The position numbers and the translations under genes were made by a program. The notes under the pieces are model-generated. The model saw nothing but the letters and a program-made list of their open reading frames with translations. It searched no databases and had not been told where the DNA came from. Shown here piece after piece: positions 13,041 through 25,370 of a stretch of 64,000 nucleotides of DNA. How positions within the stretch are numbered: position 1 is the first letter of the stretch; every line of letters starts with the position of its first letter. This DNA comes from Eledone cirrhosa (Eukaryota), in NCBI GenBank assembly GCA_964016885.1, contig OZ024747.1:57102001-57166000 (forward strand), written 5' to 3'.

Positions 13041-13086
13041 AATATATGTATGTATATATGTAAACAGAAATATATATATATATATA

Positions 13087-13226
<140 letters not shown>

Positions 13227-13232
13227 TTGGAT

Positions 13233-13287
<55 letters not shown>

Positions 13288-13677
13288 TATAGATATATAT
13301 ATATGTGTGTGTGTGTGTATATACCATCATCATCATATTACATCCAATTTCCATACTGGCATGGGTTGGATGGGTAGTTACTGTCCAAGTCAGTTCTTAT
13401 TTGATTTGAAGTTTCTGCCATCCTAGACTTGTTAGATGACCATTTCTGGCTTGTGTGTATATATGTATATATGTATATATGTATGTATGTATGTATATTG
13501 CAGAAGAATGTTGCTTATAATTAGTAGTTACATTAAAACTTCTTGCGGATAAGCCAGTCCCATGTATATATGTATGTGTTTATATATATATATATATATA
13601 TATATATCAACATCATCATCTTCGTTTAACGTCCATTTTCCACGCTAGCATGGGTTAGACGGGAGTTGTCTCACTTG

Positions 13678-13707
<30 letters not shown>

Positions 13708-13711
<4 letters not shown>

Positions 13712-14045
13712 GAATAATCGAGTATCGGAAAATCAGCTCACGAATAAACGATAAACAAATCCGACATGAGTGGCAGAGGGCTCAATAATTCAGATAAATC
13801 AGAGCTATAACTATCGTTAAAATACCAACACATAAAGATTATGCCTAAAATCACCCATGCAGCCGAAAAAGAACGACCAGGAAGATTCGGGTCACTCAAA
13901 TAAAATATCAATAAATCAATAATTTAAATGAATGTAAAAACTTACCCGGACCCGCTAGAAAGGTGTTAAATCTAGCTTCTTGGGTTTCTGCAATTCCTTA
14001 ATCCGCTCGCTATCAGCCCACATAAAAATATATAAGACTTCTAGG
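13708..14045 (-). mobile_element. Diverged partial copy of the 615-bp (TA)n-embedded element at 33976-34690
   Basis: Reverse complement aligns by eye to about 34340-34688. Confidence 0.75.
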
Positions 14046-14056
14046 GAGAGAGAGAG

Positions 14057-14452
14057 ATCACAGAAAAAAAGAGAATCAGTGTTGCGACGAATGGAATTTA
14101 TTGGACATATTACAATCGTTTCTCTGGCGAACCACTCGAGGAACGATCGATGTGATGATCGAACCTGACTCTGAAAATCGCAAGGTCCACAGATAGGTCT
14201 TGATTCTACGAAAATCTGGTTCGTAGAATTAAGACGTATCCGAGGACCTTGCGATTTTCAAAGTCAGGTTCGATCATCACATCGATCGTACCTCGAGCTG
14301 GTCGCCAGAGAAACGATTGTAATATGTCCAATAAATTCCATTCGTCGCAACACTGATTCTCTTTTTTTCTGTGATATCATACTCTGCTCTATGAGAGCAT
14401 CGAGTGCTCATACGGTCTACCGCATACGGATGCTTTAAGGGTCCAACACCAA
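14057..14452 (+). mobile_element. Fold-back element: ~155-bp inverted arms plus ~77-nt tail
   Basis: Palindrome 14057-14375 centred on ATTCTACGAA-AATCTGG-TTCGTAGAAT; contains GAAACGATTGTA (hammerhead-like 3' half) and AATAAA. Confidence 0.7.
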
Positions 14453-14453
14453 T

Positions 14454-14486
<33 letters not shown>

Positions 14487-14532
14487 GATGATGATGATGA
14501 TGATGATGATATATACTGTATATATATATATA

Positions 14533-14830
14533 CTTCGTTTTTTAATTTGTTTTGCAAGATTTCTTATCTGAAAACGTGTGCTGAAATAGATATTGTATTA
14601 TTTTGGGAGGGTCATGCTGCCAATAAAAACACATGCACCTGTTGGTTTTCACTTCAATTTATTGTAAATTTCTGATTGGTTTTGTTGCTTTGATAACCAG
14701 ACGGTTGTTTCTATATTGTCAAAGCTCTTTCGTTACACATTCTGTGACCTTCTCAGTGACTAGGATTTTATTTTGTGCCTCTCCTTTGTTCCGTTCTACA
14801 TTATCTTGTTTTTTATGTATTGTGTACTTA
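14533..14830 (-). mobile_element. Penelope-like terminal repeat fragment (family B) with hammerhead at 14718-14760
   Basis: Minus strand GUCA CUGAGAA G GUCACA-GAAUG-UGUAAC GAAA GAGC UU UGAC, AATAAA downstream; homologous to 28465-28705. Confidence 0.65.
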
Positions 14831-14989
14831 GTTTGCACATGTGTTACATCCGTGTGTGTGTGTTTATTTATTTATTTATTTATGTGTTCATTTACTTGTC
14901 ACTAGCTGGTTGTTTGTTCTATCTGTGTGTGTCTGGTTTGTTTTGTTAGTTTGGTATATATATATATATAGTAGTAATTCCATGTCGTC

Positions 14990-15325
14990 TGCAAATTCCA
15001 GCCAACTGACTTTACACCTGCCAGTCTCATGATAACCTGCATATCAATCCTGTTTATGAAAATAATGAACAGGAGAGGTGACAGTATGATCCCTTGATGG
15101 AGTTCGACTTCCCCATTGAATGGTTTCAATTTAACACCATTTATCTAAATACAAATACTTGGACATTTGCATAGAGTCATCAGGTCAACAAGAAGCTAAC
15201 CATTGATCACTTATTCCTGCAGAACCTTCCACAGGAATGTGATCATATGCCTTTTCAAGGTCTACAAAGCAAGAATATACCTCTTGGCATGACTCCCACG
15301 CTTTCTCAAAACCTGTTGCAGTGTG
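14990..15325 (-). pseudogene. Degenerate RTE-clade RT fragment
   Basis: FEKAWE..VYSCFVDLEKAYDHIP and [20 protein letters not shown]. Confidence 0.8.
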
Positions 15326-16653
15326 AATATTTTCATGGGTACACATAGAACTCAAAACACGCAGATCTGCATGTGACTTAATGGTTTGATTCACAATCAT
15401 GAGGCTGCAAGTTCAATTTTTGGACTGGGTGACACGTTGTGTCCTTGAGTATGGCGCATTGCCAGGAGTTGCAGCCAGTAGATAGTACCAGCAATAGAAA
15501 GACCAATGGAAACATTTCTTTGGTCTGATTTGACGAGGTCCACCCAACTCAGCAAACGAATGAGGTCTGGGATCTTGTTGATCGATCTAAGCAGGCATAT
15601 GCAATAACATCCATACATGCACATGCACACACACACATACACAAACACATACAGATATAAATACGTATTTACCAAGTTGATGTCTAAATTCCAATAAAAG
15701 AGTCTTGTTTCTATGTAAGAAACCGACTGTCTCTCTTGGTGAAAATTTATAAAATAATAAAACCAAAAGAACATACATACATTCACACATACATGTACAC
15801 ATGTACAGAAACAAAACTTATGTATATGCACACATATATCTCAAAACATCCACATCCACACATACAATAACATCTATACTTGCACACACAGACATGCCTG
15901 TAAACATGCATAGATATCCACCTAGTTGATGTTGTTTAAATTCCAATGAGAGAGTATTGTGTCTATGTTGGAAACCATCTCTCACTCTATTGGTAAACAT
16001 TTATAAAATTATAAAACCAGAAGAACATACATACATACATAAACTTGTGCATGCATACTTATGTACATATATATATATGAATACATACATAACCCTATGC
16101 ATACATTCTTGTATACATTATACATTCATACACTATATTTTTTTTTAAAAGTATATATAGTTATATAGCATTACGATTTAAATTAATCATAAAGCAAAGA
16201 AACATTATTCCAAGTGACTTTGGGAATTTTATGAAACAAAACTCTCAAAGCTCTGAAAACTCAAAAAAAAAATAAAAAGATCGTTTTTTATTCTAATAGA
16301 AAAAATGTTTTATGAAAGACAATCCCAGCTATTTATTTTTATTCTTGCTAATAAATAAACATATTCCAAAGATAAATGAATTTATTCTAAGTTAACCTTA
16401 TCACGTAACAAGTTGAATTTTATTGCTATTCAATGTTTTATTGTTTTTCTATACAAGTTAATAAGAGATACTTTTATATTGCATTTGATTTAATAATATT
16501 TCGAGCACATTACTCCCAATCCTCTTGCTTTGTTATTTTTTTTATTTCTGTTTTATTCATTTATATATTTATTTAGTTATATTTTTGAAAAGCATATTGA
16601 AAATTTATTTATTTATGATGCATTTTATTTGTATTTTGTATTATATACATTTA

Positions 16654-16743
<90 letters not shown>

Positions 16744-17128
16744 GACTCATATATATATATATATATATATGTATATGAATAATATGTGCATATATGTACA
16801 TATATATACATATATATATATATGGATGGATGCATAGATGGAGGAATAGATGTGTAAATGTATATATTTTTGCATATACATACTCATATATATGGGTATA
16901 TATATATATATATATATATGAGTGTGTGTGGGTACTATAACAATTTTTTTCTTTCTCTGTTCTTTTGCTTCTTTATTACTTGTTCTAGGGTAAATAAATG
17001 TTATGATGTTATATATATATATATATGTACACACGTATGCAAACATATACACACACATATGTGTATATATACATACATACACATATATGCATCCATACAC
17101 ACATATATATATATGTATGTATATATAC

Positions 17129-17177
<49 letters not shown>

Positions 17178-17289
17178 TACATACAATACACCAGTTTTGT
17201 ATATATCCTGTTCAACCCATGCAAGCATAGAAAACGGATATAAAAATGATGATAAAGTTGATGAACATTCCAACTTTCTCACTAAAACC

Positions 17290-17480
17290 TTTGACTTTGA
17301 TTTACATTGAGGTCTTTCAATTATAGGTGTTCTTTTCATGTCAGTGTACAGAAGTTCTGGTGGACACCCAATCTTCAACTTGTCAGTTATATTCAGGAAA
17401 ACTATAGCGAACAAGAGGGTTCTATGAACCAAGCCTTGATGTACACCTACCTGTACATTAAATATGTACCTGCGCATTGT
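17290..17480 (-). pseudogene. Degenerate RTE RT fragment
   Basis: FNVQVGVHQGLVHRTLLFAIV..KLKIGCPPELLYTD, homologous to the 25393-28074 RT. Confidence 0.8.
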
Positions 17481-18147
17481 AAACTCTCAACTTGCTGACA
17501 ACACACACAAGCACGCAGGCAAGCACACATACACACAGATACACACACAAAGACTATCATTTTTCTACTATATTTGCTATGGCTTTTATACTTACATTCC
17601 TCTCCTGCTATAATTTACAATTATTATTGTTGTCAGTGATGTTGTTGTTGTTGTTGTTTCATGTTATTGTTGCTGTTGTTGTCATTTTGAAAACCTTTTT
17701 TTAATTTCTTTTCTTTATTCCCATTTATATATATTACATTTTTTTCTTTTCACAACTTTAATCTTTGAATATTAAATCATCTGTAGAAAATTGAGTAGGT
17801 TATGGTAAAAACATTCTCAAAGCCTTGTATTTGCAATGGAGAACTGGTAATTTGACAGACATCAGAGTTAAAATTAAATCAAGGTTGAAAGTGAAGATAT
17901 TATTTTGTATAATTTATTATCATTTTATACATATTACTATTCTTGTTCATGTGTTTACTAGACCCATTGTTATTGTTCTTATTATTGTTGTTGTTGTTGC
18001 TATTATTATTTTTAATATATCAGTTTAGTTTTTTTCATTAACAAGACATCTTCTCGATATATATTGTCTGTAGACATGCTATGCTCAATAGGTAAATAGA
18101 TTACATGATAAATATGAGAATATATATGTATATATATATATATATAA

Positions 18148-18182
<35 letters not shown>

Positions 18183-18188
18183 TATATA

Positions 18189-18233
<45 letters not shown>

Positions 18234-18286
18234 ATATATATATATGTATATATATATGTATATATATATATATATATATACATACA

Positions 18287-18328
<42 letters not shown>

Positions 18329-18521
18329 TATATGTATGTATATATATATATGTGTGTATATATATATACACACACATATATGTACATATATATATATATA
18401 CATACATATATGTATATTATATATAAATATATATCTACACACGCATATATATATACACACACACACATATATATGCATATATACCCACATATATATATGT
18501 ATATATATACATATTTACTTA

Positions 18522-18553
<32 letters not shown>

Positions 18554-18642
18554 CACACACATATATATATATATACATACATATATATATATATACACAT
18601 ACATATATACACATATATATATACATATATATTTATATATAT

Positions 18643-18673
<31 letters not shown>

Positions 18674-19507
18674 CACACACACATACATATATATACATAT
18701 ATAGTGTGTAACCAATATATCCAGGTTTTTAAAATTGATTCACTGTATGTGTGTATGTTATAATACAAGCCAAATAAAAGTGTTGGCATCAGAATTTGTA
18801 TCCTAGCTATAAAACATTACTTTCAAACGTCCTCTAACACTTGCCAGTATAGAACGATGGATATGAAAATGATGGTCATGATAATATGTTTACTGTGGGT
18901 CCCCCAACTTTTATAAGAGACATGCATGTAAAGTGCTGGAATGTATCCAAGTAAGATGATGACCCATAACTCATCTGAGAGGTATGTTGCTTCAGTTACT
19001 GTATATACTCATATATAAACCTAAAAATATGTGACAAAATATATCAATGGTAAAATGGGGAGGTGGGCATTTATTCAAGGTGAATATTTTGACGATTTTC
19101 ACCAACTTTGAAAATCTATTAAATAAGGTATTAAAATAATTTTGCTTTGGAAGTGAATATTAAACTGGTTTCACCTTGGAAGTAAATATTAAACAAGTTT
19201 CACTTTGGAAGTGGATATTACACCAGTTTCACGCCCAATGTGAAATTTGTATCATCCTATTGGTTTTGATGTCTTGAATGAATATGACCTTCAAAACCGT
19301 CAGAAATTGGTAAATAAATCACTGTTGAGTTGTGAAACAAAAACTACACTCTAAACAACACTTAAAACATTTTAAATATCAAAATATTAAAACTTAATAG
19401 ATATATTCTCTATTCATGAGAATTTCAATGACAGCACCATCTAAACATAATATGTTGATTACCTGCCTTGGCTTATTAATTGGGTTTGGAATAATAATAA
19501 TAATTAT

Positions 19508-19665
19508 TACATGCTTTCCAGCATAGTTACGTCCCTTTATGATCTGAGTTCAAATCCCGCTGAGGTTGACTTTGCCTTTCATCCTTACGGGGTCGATAAA
19601 ATAAAGTACCAGTAATACACTGGGTATTTGCTGGCCTTGTGCCTAAAGTAGAAACAATTATTATT
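19508..19665 (+). mobile_element. SINE family 2, 5'-truncated
   Basis: Same body as 103-282. Confidence 0.8.
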
Positions 19666-19853
19666 GGGAATTTGTTTTTTGTTTTTTTTAAATGCTTATT
19701 TTTTTTAGTCTTTGTTACAAAACAAAAAACCCACACAGAAAACCCACACTGAACCGTCCTGTACCATCTTTATTGTTCTCTTAATGTAACACCTGTGAGG
19801 CTAATAAAGAAACCATTATTATTATTAAGGGCATTATTATTAATGGAGGCACA

Positions 19854-20190
19854 TGGCTTAGTGGTTAGAGCATTGGCCTTGCAATCGAAAGGTTGTGAGT
19901 TCAATTCTCAGACCGGGTGATGTGTTGTTTCCTTGAGCAAGACACTTTATTTCACATTGCTCCAGTTTACTCAGCTGTAAAAATGAGATGATAGGACTGA
20001 GGTCCATATCATTCCACTGCAAAGTGGTTGTGGAGGTGCCACGGCAAAAAAGCACCCACCACTCACTGTAAATGAGGTTGGTGTTAGGAAGGGCATCCAG
20101 CTGTAGAAATCAAGCCAGCATCAGTTCCCGTCCCACCCTTGCAAGCAGGGAAAAAGCGGACGTAAAATGATGAAATGATGATGAAAATGA
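19854..20190 (+). mobile_element. Full-length tRNA/CORE SINE (family 1)
   Basis: Near-identical to 2227-2556 and 56344-56675. Confidence 0.85.
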
Positions 20191-20194
20191 AAAG

Positions 20195-20775
20195 GGCAGT
20201 GAATTGGCAGCATCGGTAGGGGGTTGGACGCCATGCTTTCCAGCATAGTTACGTCCCTTTACAGTCTGAGTTCAAATCCCGCCGAGGTTAACTTTGCCTT
20301 TCAAATAAAGTACCAGTAATGTACTGGGTAATTGCTGGCCTTGTGCCTAAAGTAGAAACAATTATTATTATTAAGGGTGGTGGATCGATAGTATTGGTAA
20401 AGAATCAGACACCCTGCTTCATGGCATAGAGTTACAGTCCTTTAAGTCGTGTTCAAATCCCACCAAGGTTATCCTTATGGGGTAAATAAAATAAAGTACC
20501 ACCATTGCACTGGGGTTGAAATAATCGACTGTCCTCTGCCCTTCAAATATCTGGCCTTGTTCCTTTAGTAGAAACAATTATTACTATTTGGTAGTATTGT
20601 CGGAGCATCATAGTATATAGTTATGGCACTTTACATTCTGAGTGTGAATTCTGCCTCAGTTAACTTTATCATTTGTCCTTATCGATGAAATTAAGTACCA
20701 GTAATGCACTGGGGTTAATTTAATCGACTTCCCATTCCTCTTCAAATTGCTGGCCTTATGCCAAAACTAGAAGTG
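20195..20775 (+). mobile_element. Three head-to-tail SINE family 2 copies
   Basis: Copies at about 20195-20372, 20375-20585 and 20587-20775, separated by (TTA)n tails. Confidence 0.75.
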
Positions 20776-20789
20776 TTGCAAAAAGAAAA

Positions 20790-21045
20790 CATCACCATCA
20801 ACACCATCAGCATCACCATCATCAGCATCAGCATCACCATATTCACCATCGCTATAACCACCATCACCACCATCATCATCATCATCATCATCACCATCAC
20901 CATAATCACCACCACCATCATCATCATCATCATCACCACCATCACCACCATCAGCATCACCATCACCATATTCACCATCAACATAATCACCATCATCCCC
21001 AACAACAACAACAACAACAACAACAACAACCCTCATAGTCATCAT
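20790..21045. repeat. (CAT/CAC/CAA)n trinucleotide tract
   Basis: Direct reading. Confidence 0.95.
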
Positions 21046-21804
21046 TAAATGATGTTGATCTGTATGTAATTATCAACGACAACTACATTACAACTGCTAC
21101 TTGAGAGAGAGGCAGACTCCATCAATTGCACCTCCTCCCTCCATACACAACCACATTATTACACATCTCACTACTACTCTCACTCTTCCACATTCACTAC
21201 CATGGGACCATTTACTACCTACCTATACTATATTGAATTACAATAGTTATAGTTGATCAAACAAATATATATATATATATATATATACATAAATATATAT
21301 ATATATTTGTATACACACTTGTAAATATATATATTTATATATATATATTTGTATACACACTTGTAAATATATATACATATATATAAATATATATACATAT
21401 ATATAAATATATATATATATTTATATATATATGTATATATATTTGTATACACTCTTGTAAATATATATACATATATACAAATATATATATGTATATATAT
21501 ATATATTGAGAGAGAGAGAGAAAGACCCTATATATATATATGCGCACAAGTATACACACATACACACTTGTATGTTATAAAGCTTTAAAAATCTTCAAAG
21601 AAGACAAGTAGATGAATATCTATAACACACACACACATACACCTATATATATATGTATATATACATATACATATATACATACATAAATACACACACTTAT
21701 AAATACACACACACACACCTATATATATATATGTATATATACATATACATATATACATACATAAATACACACACTCATAAATACATACATACATACAAAC
21801 ATAC

Positions 21805-21932
21805 ATTCTAAACTATTCTAATAAAGAACAATTTTCACTACAGTTTCTATAAGTTCCTTGGAAAATTTCTGCCAACTTTGATATTTGGAATCGGTTTCTT
21901 CAACTAAAGAACCTTTCAGAGAAGACCTATAG
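21805..21932 (-). pseudogene. Candidate host exon (D) with in-frame TAG
   Basis: Acceptor TTGTAG (or CTATAG 6 nt further, same frame); frame (YR)SSLKGSLVEETDSKYQSWQKFSKELIETVVKIVLY*NSLE; donor-like GTATGT at 21804. Confidence 0.35.
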
Positions 21933-21988
21933 CTACAAGAATTCAACGAAGAATTTCACAAAATACATTTTTATTAATCAATACTTAC

Positions 21989-22056
21989 TGAAGTTTTCCA
22001 GCTGAAGATGCACTTAAACTTTCATACAGAACAGTCTGTGTGCAATTAACAGACTG
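21989..22056 (-). pseudogene. Candidate host exon (C)
   Basis: ATACAG(CAG) acceptor, open frame QSVNCTQTVLYESLSASSAGKL, canonical CA|GTAAGT donor; the other two frames are closed. Confidence 0.45.
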
Positions 22057-22122
22057 CTGTATAGATATAATAGGTCATCTATGACTTAGTGTGTGTACAT
22101 ATATATATATATATATATATAA

Positions 22123-22156
<34 letters not shown>

Positions 22157-22167
22157 GTATATATAAA

Positions 22168-22219
<52 letters not shown>

Positions 22220-22224
22220 AATAT

Positions 22225-22275
<51 letters not shown>

Positions 22276-22277
22276 AA

Positions 22278-22365
<88 letters not shown>

Positions 22366-22367
22366 AA

Positions 22368-22406
<39 letters not shown>

Positions 22407-22418
22407 ATATATAAATAT

Positions 22419-22467
<49 letters not shown>

Positions 22468-22472
22468 AATAT

Positions 22473-22513
<41 letters not shown>

Positions 22514-22703
22514 TTTATTTATATATATATATATATATATTATTATATATATATATGTATATATAAATATTTATTTTTATATATATATATATATATTTAT
22601 ATATATGTATATATATATATGTATATATAAATATTTATTTTTATATATATATATATATATTTATATATATGTATATATAAATATTTATTTATATATATAT
22701 ATA

Positions 22704-22749
<46 letters not shown>

Positions 22750-22779
22750 AATATTTATTTATATATATGTATATATAAA

Positions 22780-22831
<52 letters not shown>

Positions 22832-22859
22832 AATATTTATTTATATATATATATATAAA

Positions 22860-22921
<62 letters not shown>

Positions 22922-22923
22922 AA

Positions 22924-22971
<48 letters not shown>

Positions 22972-23013
22972 AATATTTATTTATATATATATATATATAT
23001 ATGTATATATAAA

Positions 23014-23061
<48 letters not shown>

Positions 23062-23123
23062 TATAAATATTTATATATATATATATGTATAAATATTTAT
23101 TTATATATATATATATATATAAA

Positions 23124-23171
<48 letters not shown>

Positions 23172-23173
23172 AA

Positions 23174-23221
<48 letters not shown>

Positions 23222-23251
23222 AATATTTATTTATATATATATATATATAAA

Positions 23252-23297
<46 letters not shown>

Positions 23298-23395
23298 AAT
23301 ATTTATTTATATATATATATATATATAAGTATGTATAAATATTTATATATATATATATGTATAAATATTTATTTTTACATATATATATGTATAAA

Positions 23396-23446
<51 letters not shown>

Positions 23447-23736
23447 TATATGGATAAATATTTATTTATATATATATATATTTATATATATATATATATA
23501 TATATATGGATAAATATTTATTTATATATATATATATTTATATATATATATATATATATATAAGGATAAATATTTATTTATATATATATATATTTATATA
23601 TATATATATTTATATATATATATATATTTATATATGTATATATATATATATATATATTTATATATTTATATATATATATTGATATTTATATATATATTTA
23701 TATATATATATTTATATATATATTTATATATATATT

Positions 23737-23767
<31 letters not shown>

Positions 23768-23787
23768 TTATATATATATATATATAT

Positions 23788-24565
23788 AACGAAGGAAATG
23801 TGATAAGGAACCAAGTGGACCATAATGCACCAAAGTACTCAATGCTTAGGGTAGTAGAGTGGGTAATAGGAACGAGTAGGACCCCGATGGCTGAGCTCAA
23901 GCCGTTTCGACGGGTAATTATGGACTAAATGAAAATTTTTATCCTGGTATATGAATAGCCGAGCTTATCAGGGGTTAATTCCATATATGGTAAAAGTGAT
24001 TGTCACAAGGATTGGTCAAAAGTTTGTTGTTGAGACACATAATTCTATCATGACAATTTGTGGAAGGAAGTGGTAGCTGAACCTGCCAGTAGAAGAAAGA
24101 GGGAGAGGGGTGGAGGAAACCCAGTCGTGCGTTGATAGTGCCAACTACAGCAGGGCAGGAGGTCAAGCAAGTATACTAGGGAGGGGGAGGGGAAGGAAGT
24201 CGAAACAATAAGTAAAACAATATGGGGTAAATATATAAAGGAATACCGAGAACGTTAAAAGTATAAAAAAAACAAAAAAAAAACGTTAGTATTCCTTAAC
24301 GACAGTCATCAAGTCTCTCACTGCTACTACTAAACTTTCTTCTACTGGCAGGTTCAGCTACCCCTTCCTTCCACAAATTGCCATGATAGAATTATGTGTC
24401 TCAACAACAAACTTTTGACCAATCCTTGCGACAATCACTTTTACCGTATATGGAATTACCCCCTGAGAAGCTCGGCTATTCATATACCAGGATAAAAATT
24501 TTCATTTAGTTCAGAATTAGCCGTCGAAACGGCTTGAGCTCAGCCATCGGGGTCCTACTCGTTCC

Positions 24566-24568
<3 letters not shown>
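23788..24568 (-). mobile_element. Fold-back Penelope-like element (family A), long copy with two opposite hammerheads
   Basis: Tail 23788-23865; inverted arms 23866-24099 and 24335-24568; hammerhead folds at 23881-23975 (-) and 24458-24553 (+); (TA)n on both sides. Confidence 0.75.
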
Positions 24569-24596
<28 letters not shown>

Positions 24597-25235
24597 ATAT
24601 TTATATATAGATATATATATATATTTATATATATATTTATAGATATATATATATTTATATATAGATATATATATATATTTATAGATATATTTATAGATAT
24701 ATATATATTTATATATAGATATATATATATATATTTATAGATATATTTATAGATATATATATATTTATATATATATATATATATTATTATATATATATAT
24801 TATTATATATATATATTTATATATATATATTTATATATATTTATATTATTATATATATATATATTTATATATATATATTTATATATATTTATATATATAT
24901 ATATTTATATATATATATTTATATATATTTATATATATATATTTATGTATTTATATATATATTTATATATATATATTTATATATATATATATTTATATTT
25001 ATATATATTTATATTTATATATATTTATATATATTTATATTTATATATATTTATATATATATATTTATATATATATATTTATATATATATATTTATATAT
25101 ATATTTATATTTATTTATATATTTATATTTATTTATATTTATATATTTATATTTATTTATATTTATATTTATATATATATATTTATATATATATATTTAT
25201 ATATATATATTTATATATATATATTTATATATATA

Positions 25236-25275
<40 letters not shown>

Positions 25276-25305
25276 TATATATTTATATATATATATATAT
25301 TTATA

Positions 25306-25344
<39 letters not shown>

Positions 25345-25370
25345 TTATATATATATATATATATATATAT

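Noticed and set aside
19145-19235. Three ~31-bp tandem units (TTGGAAGT.AATATTA.AC..GTTTCAC)
   Set aside because: Real but short, with no spacers or further context; an ordinary minisatellite.
22002-22060. CTGAAGA as a hammerhead core (also at 12511, 31531, 31697, 40588, and CTGATGA at 42602)
   Set aside because: No correctly placed GAAA, stem III or stem I.
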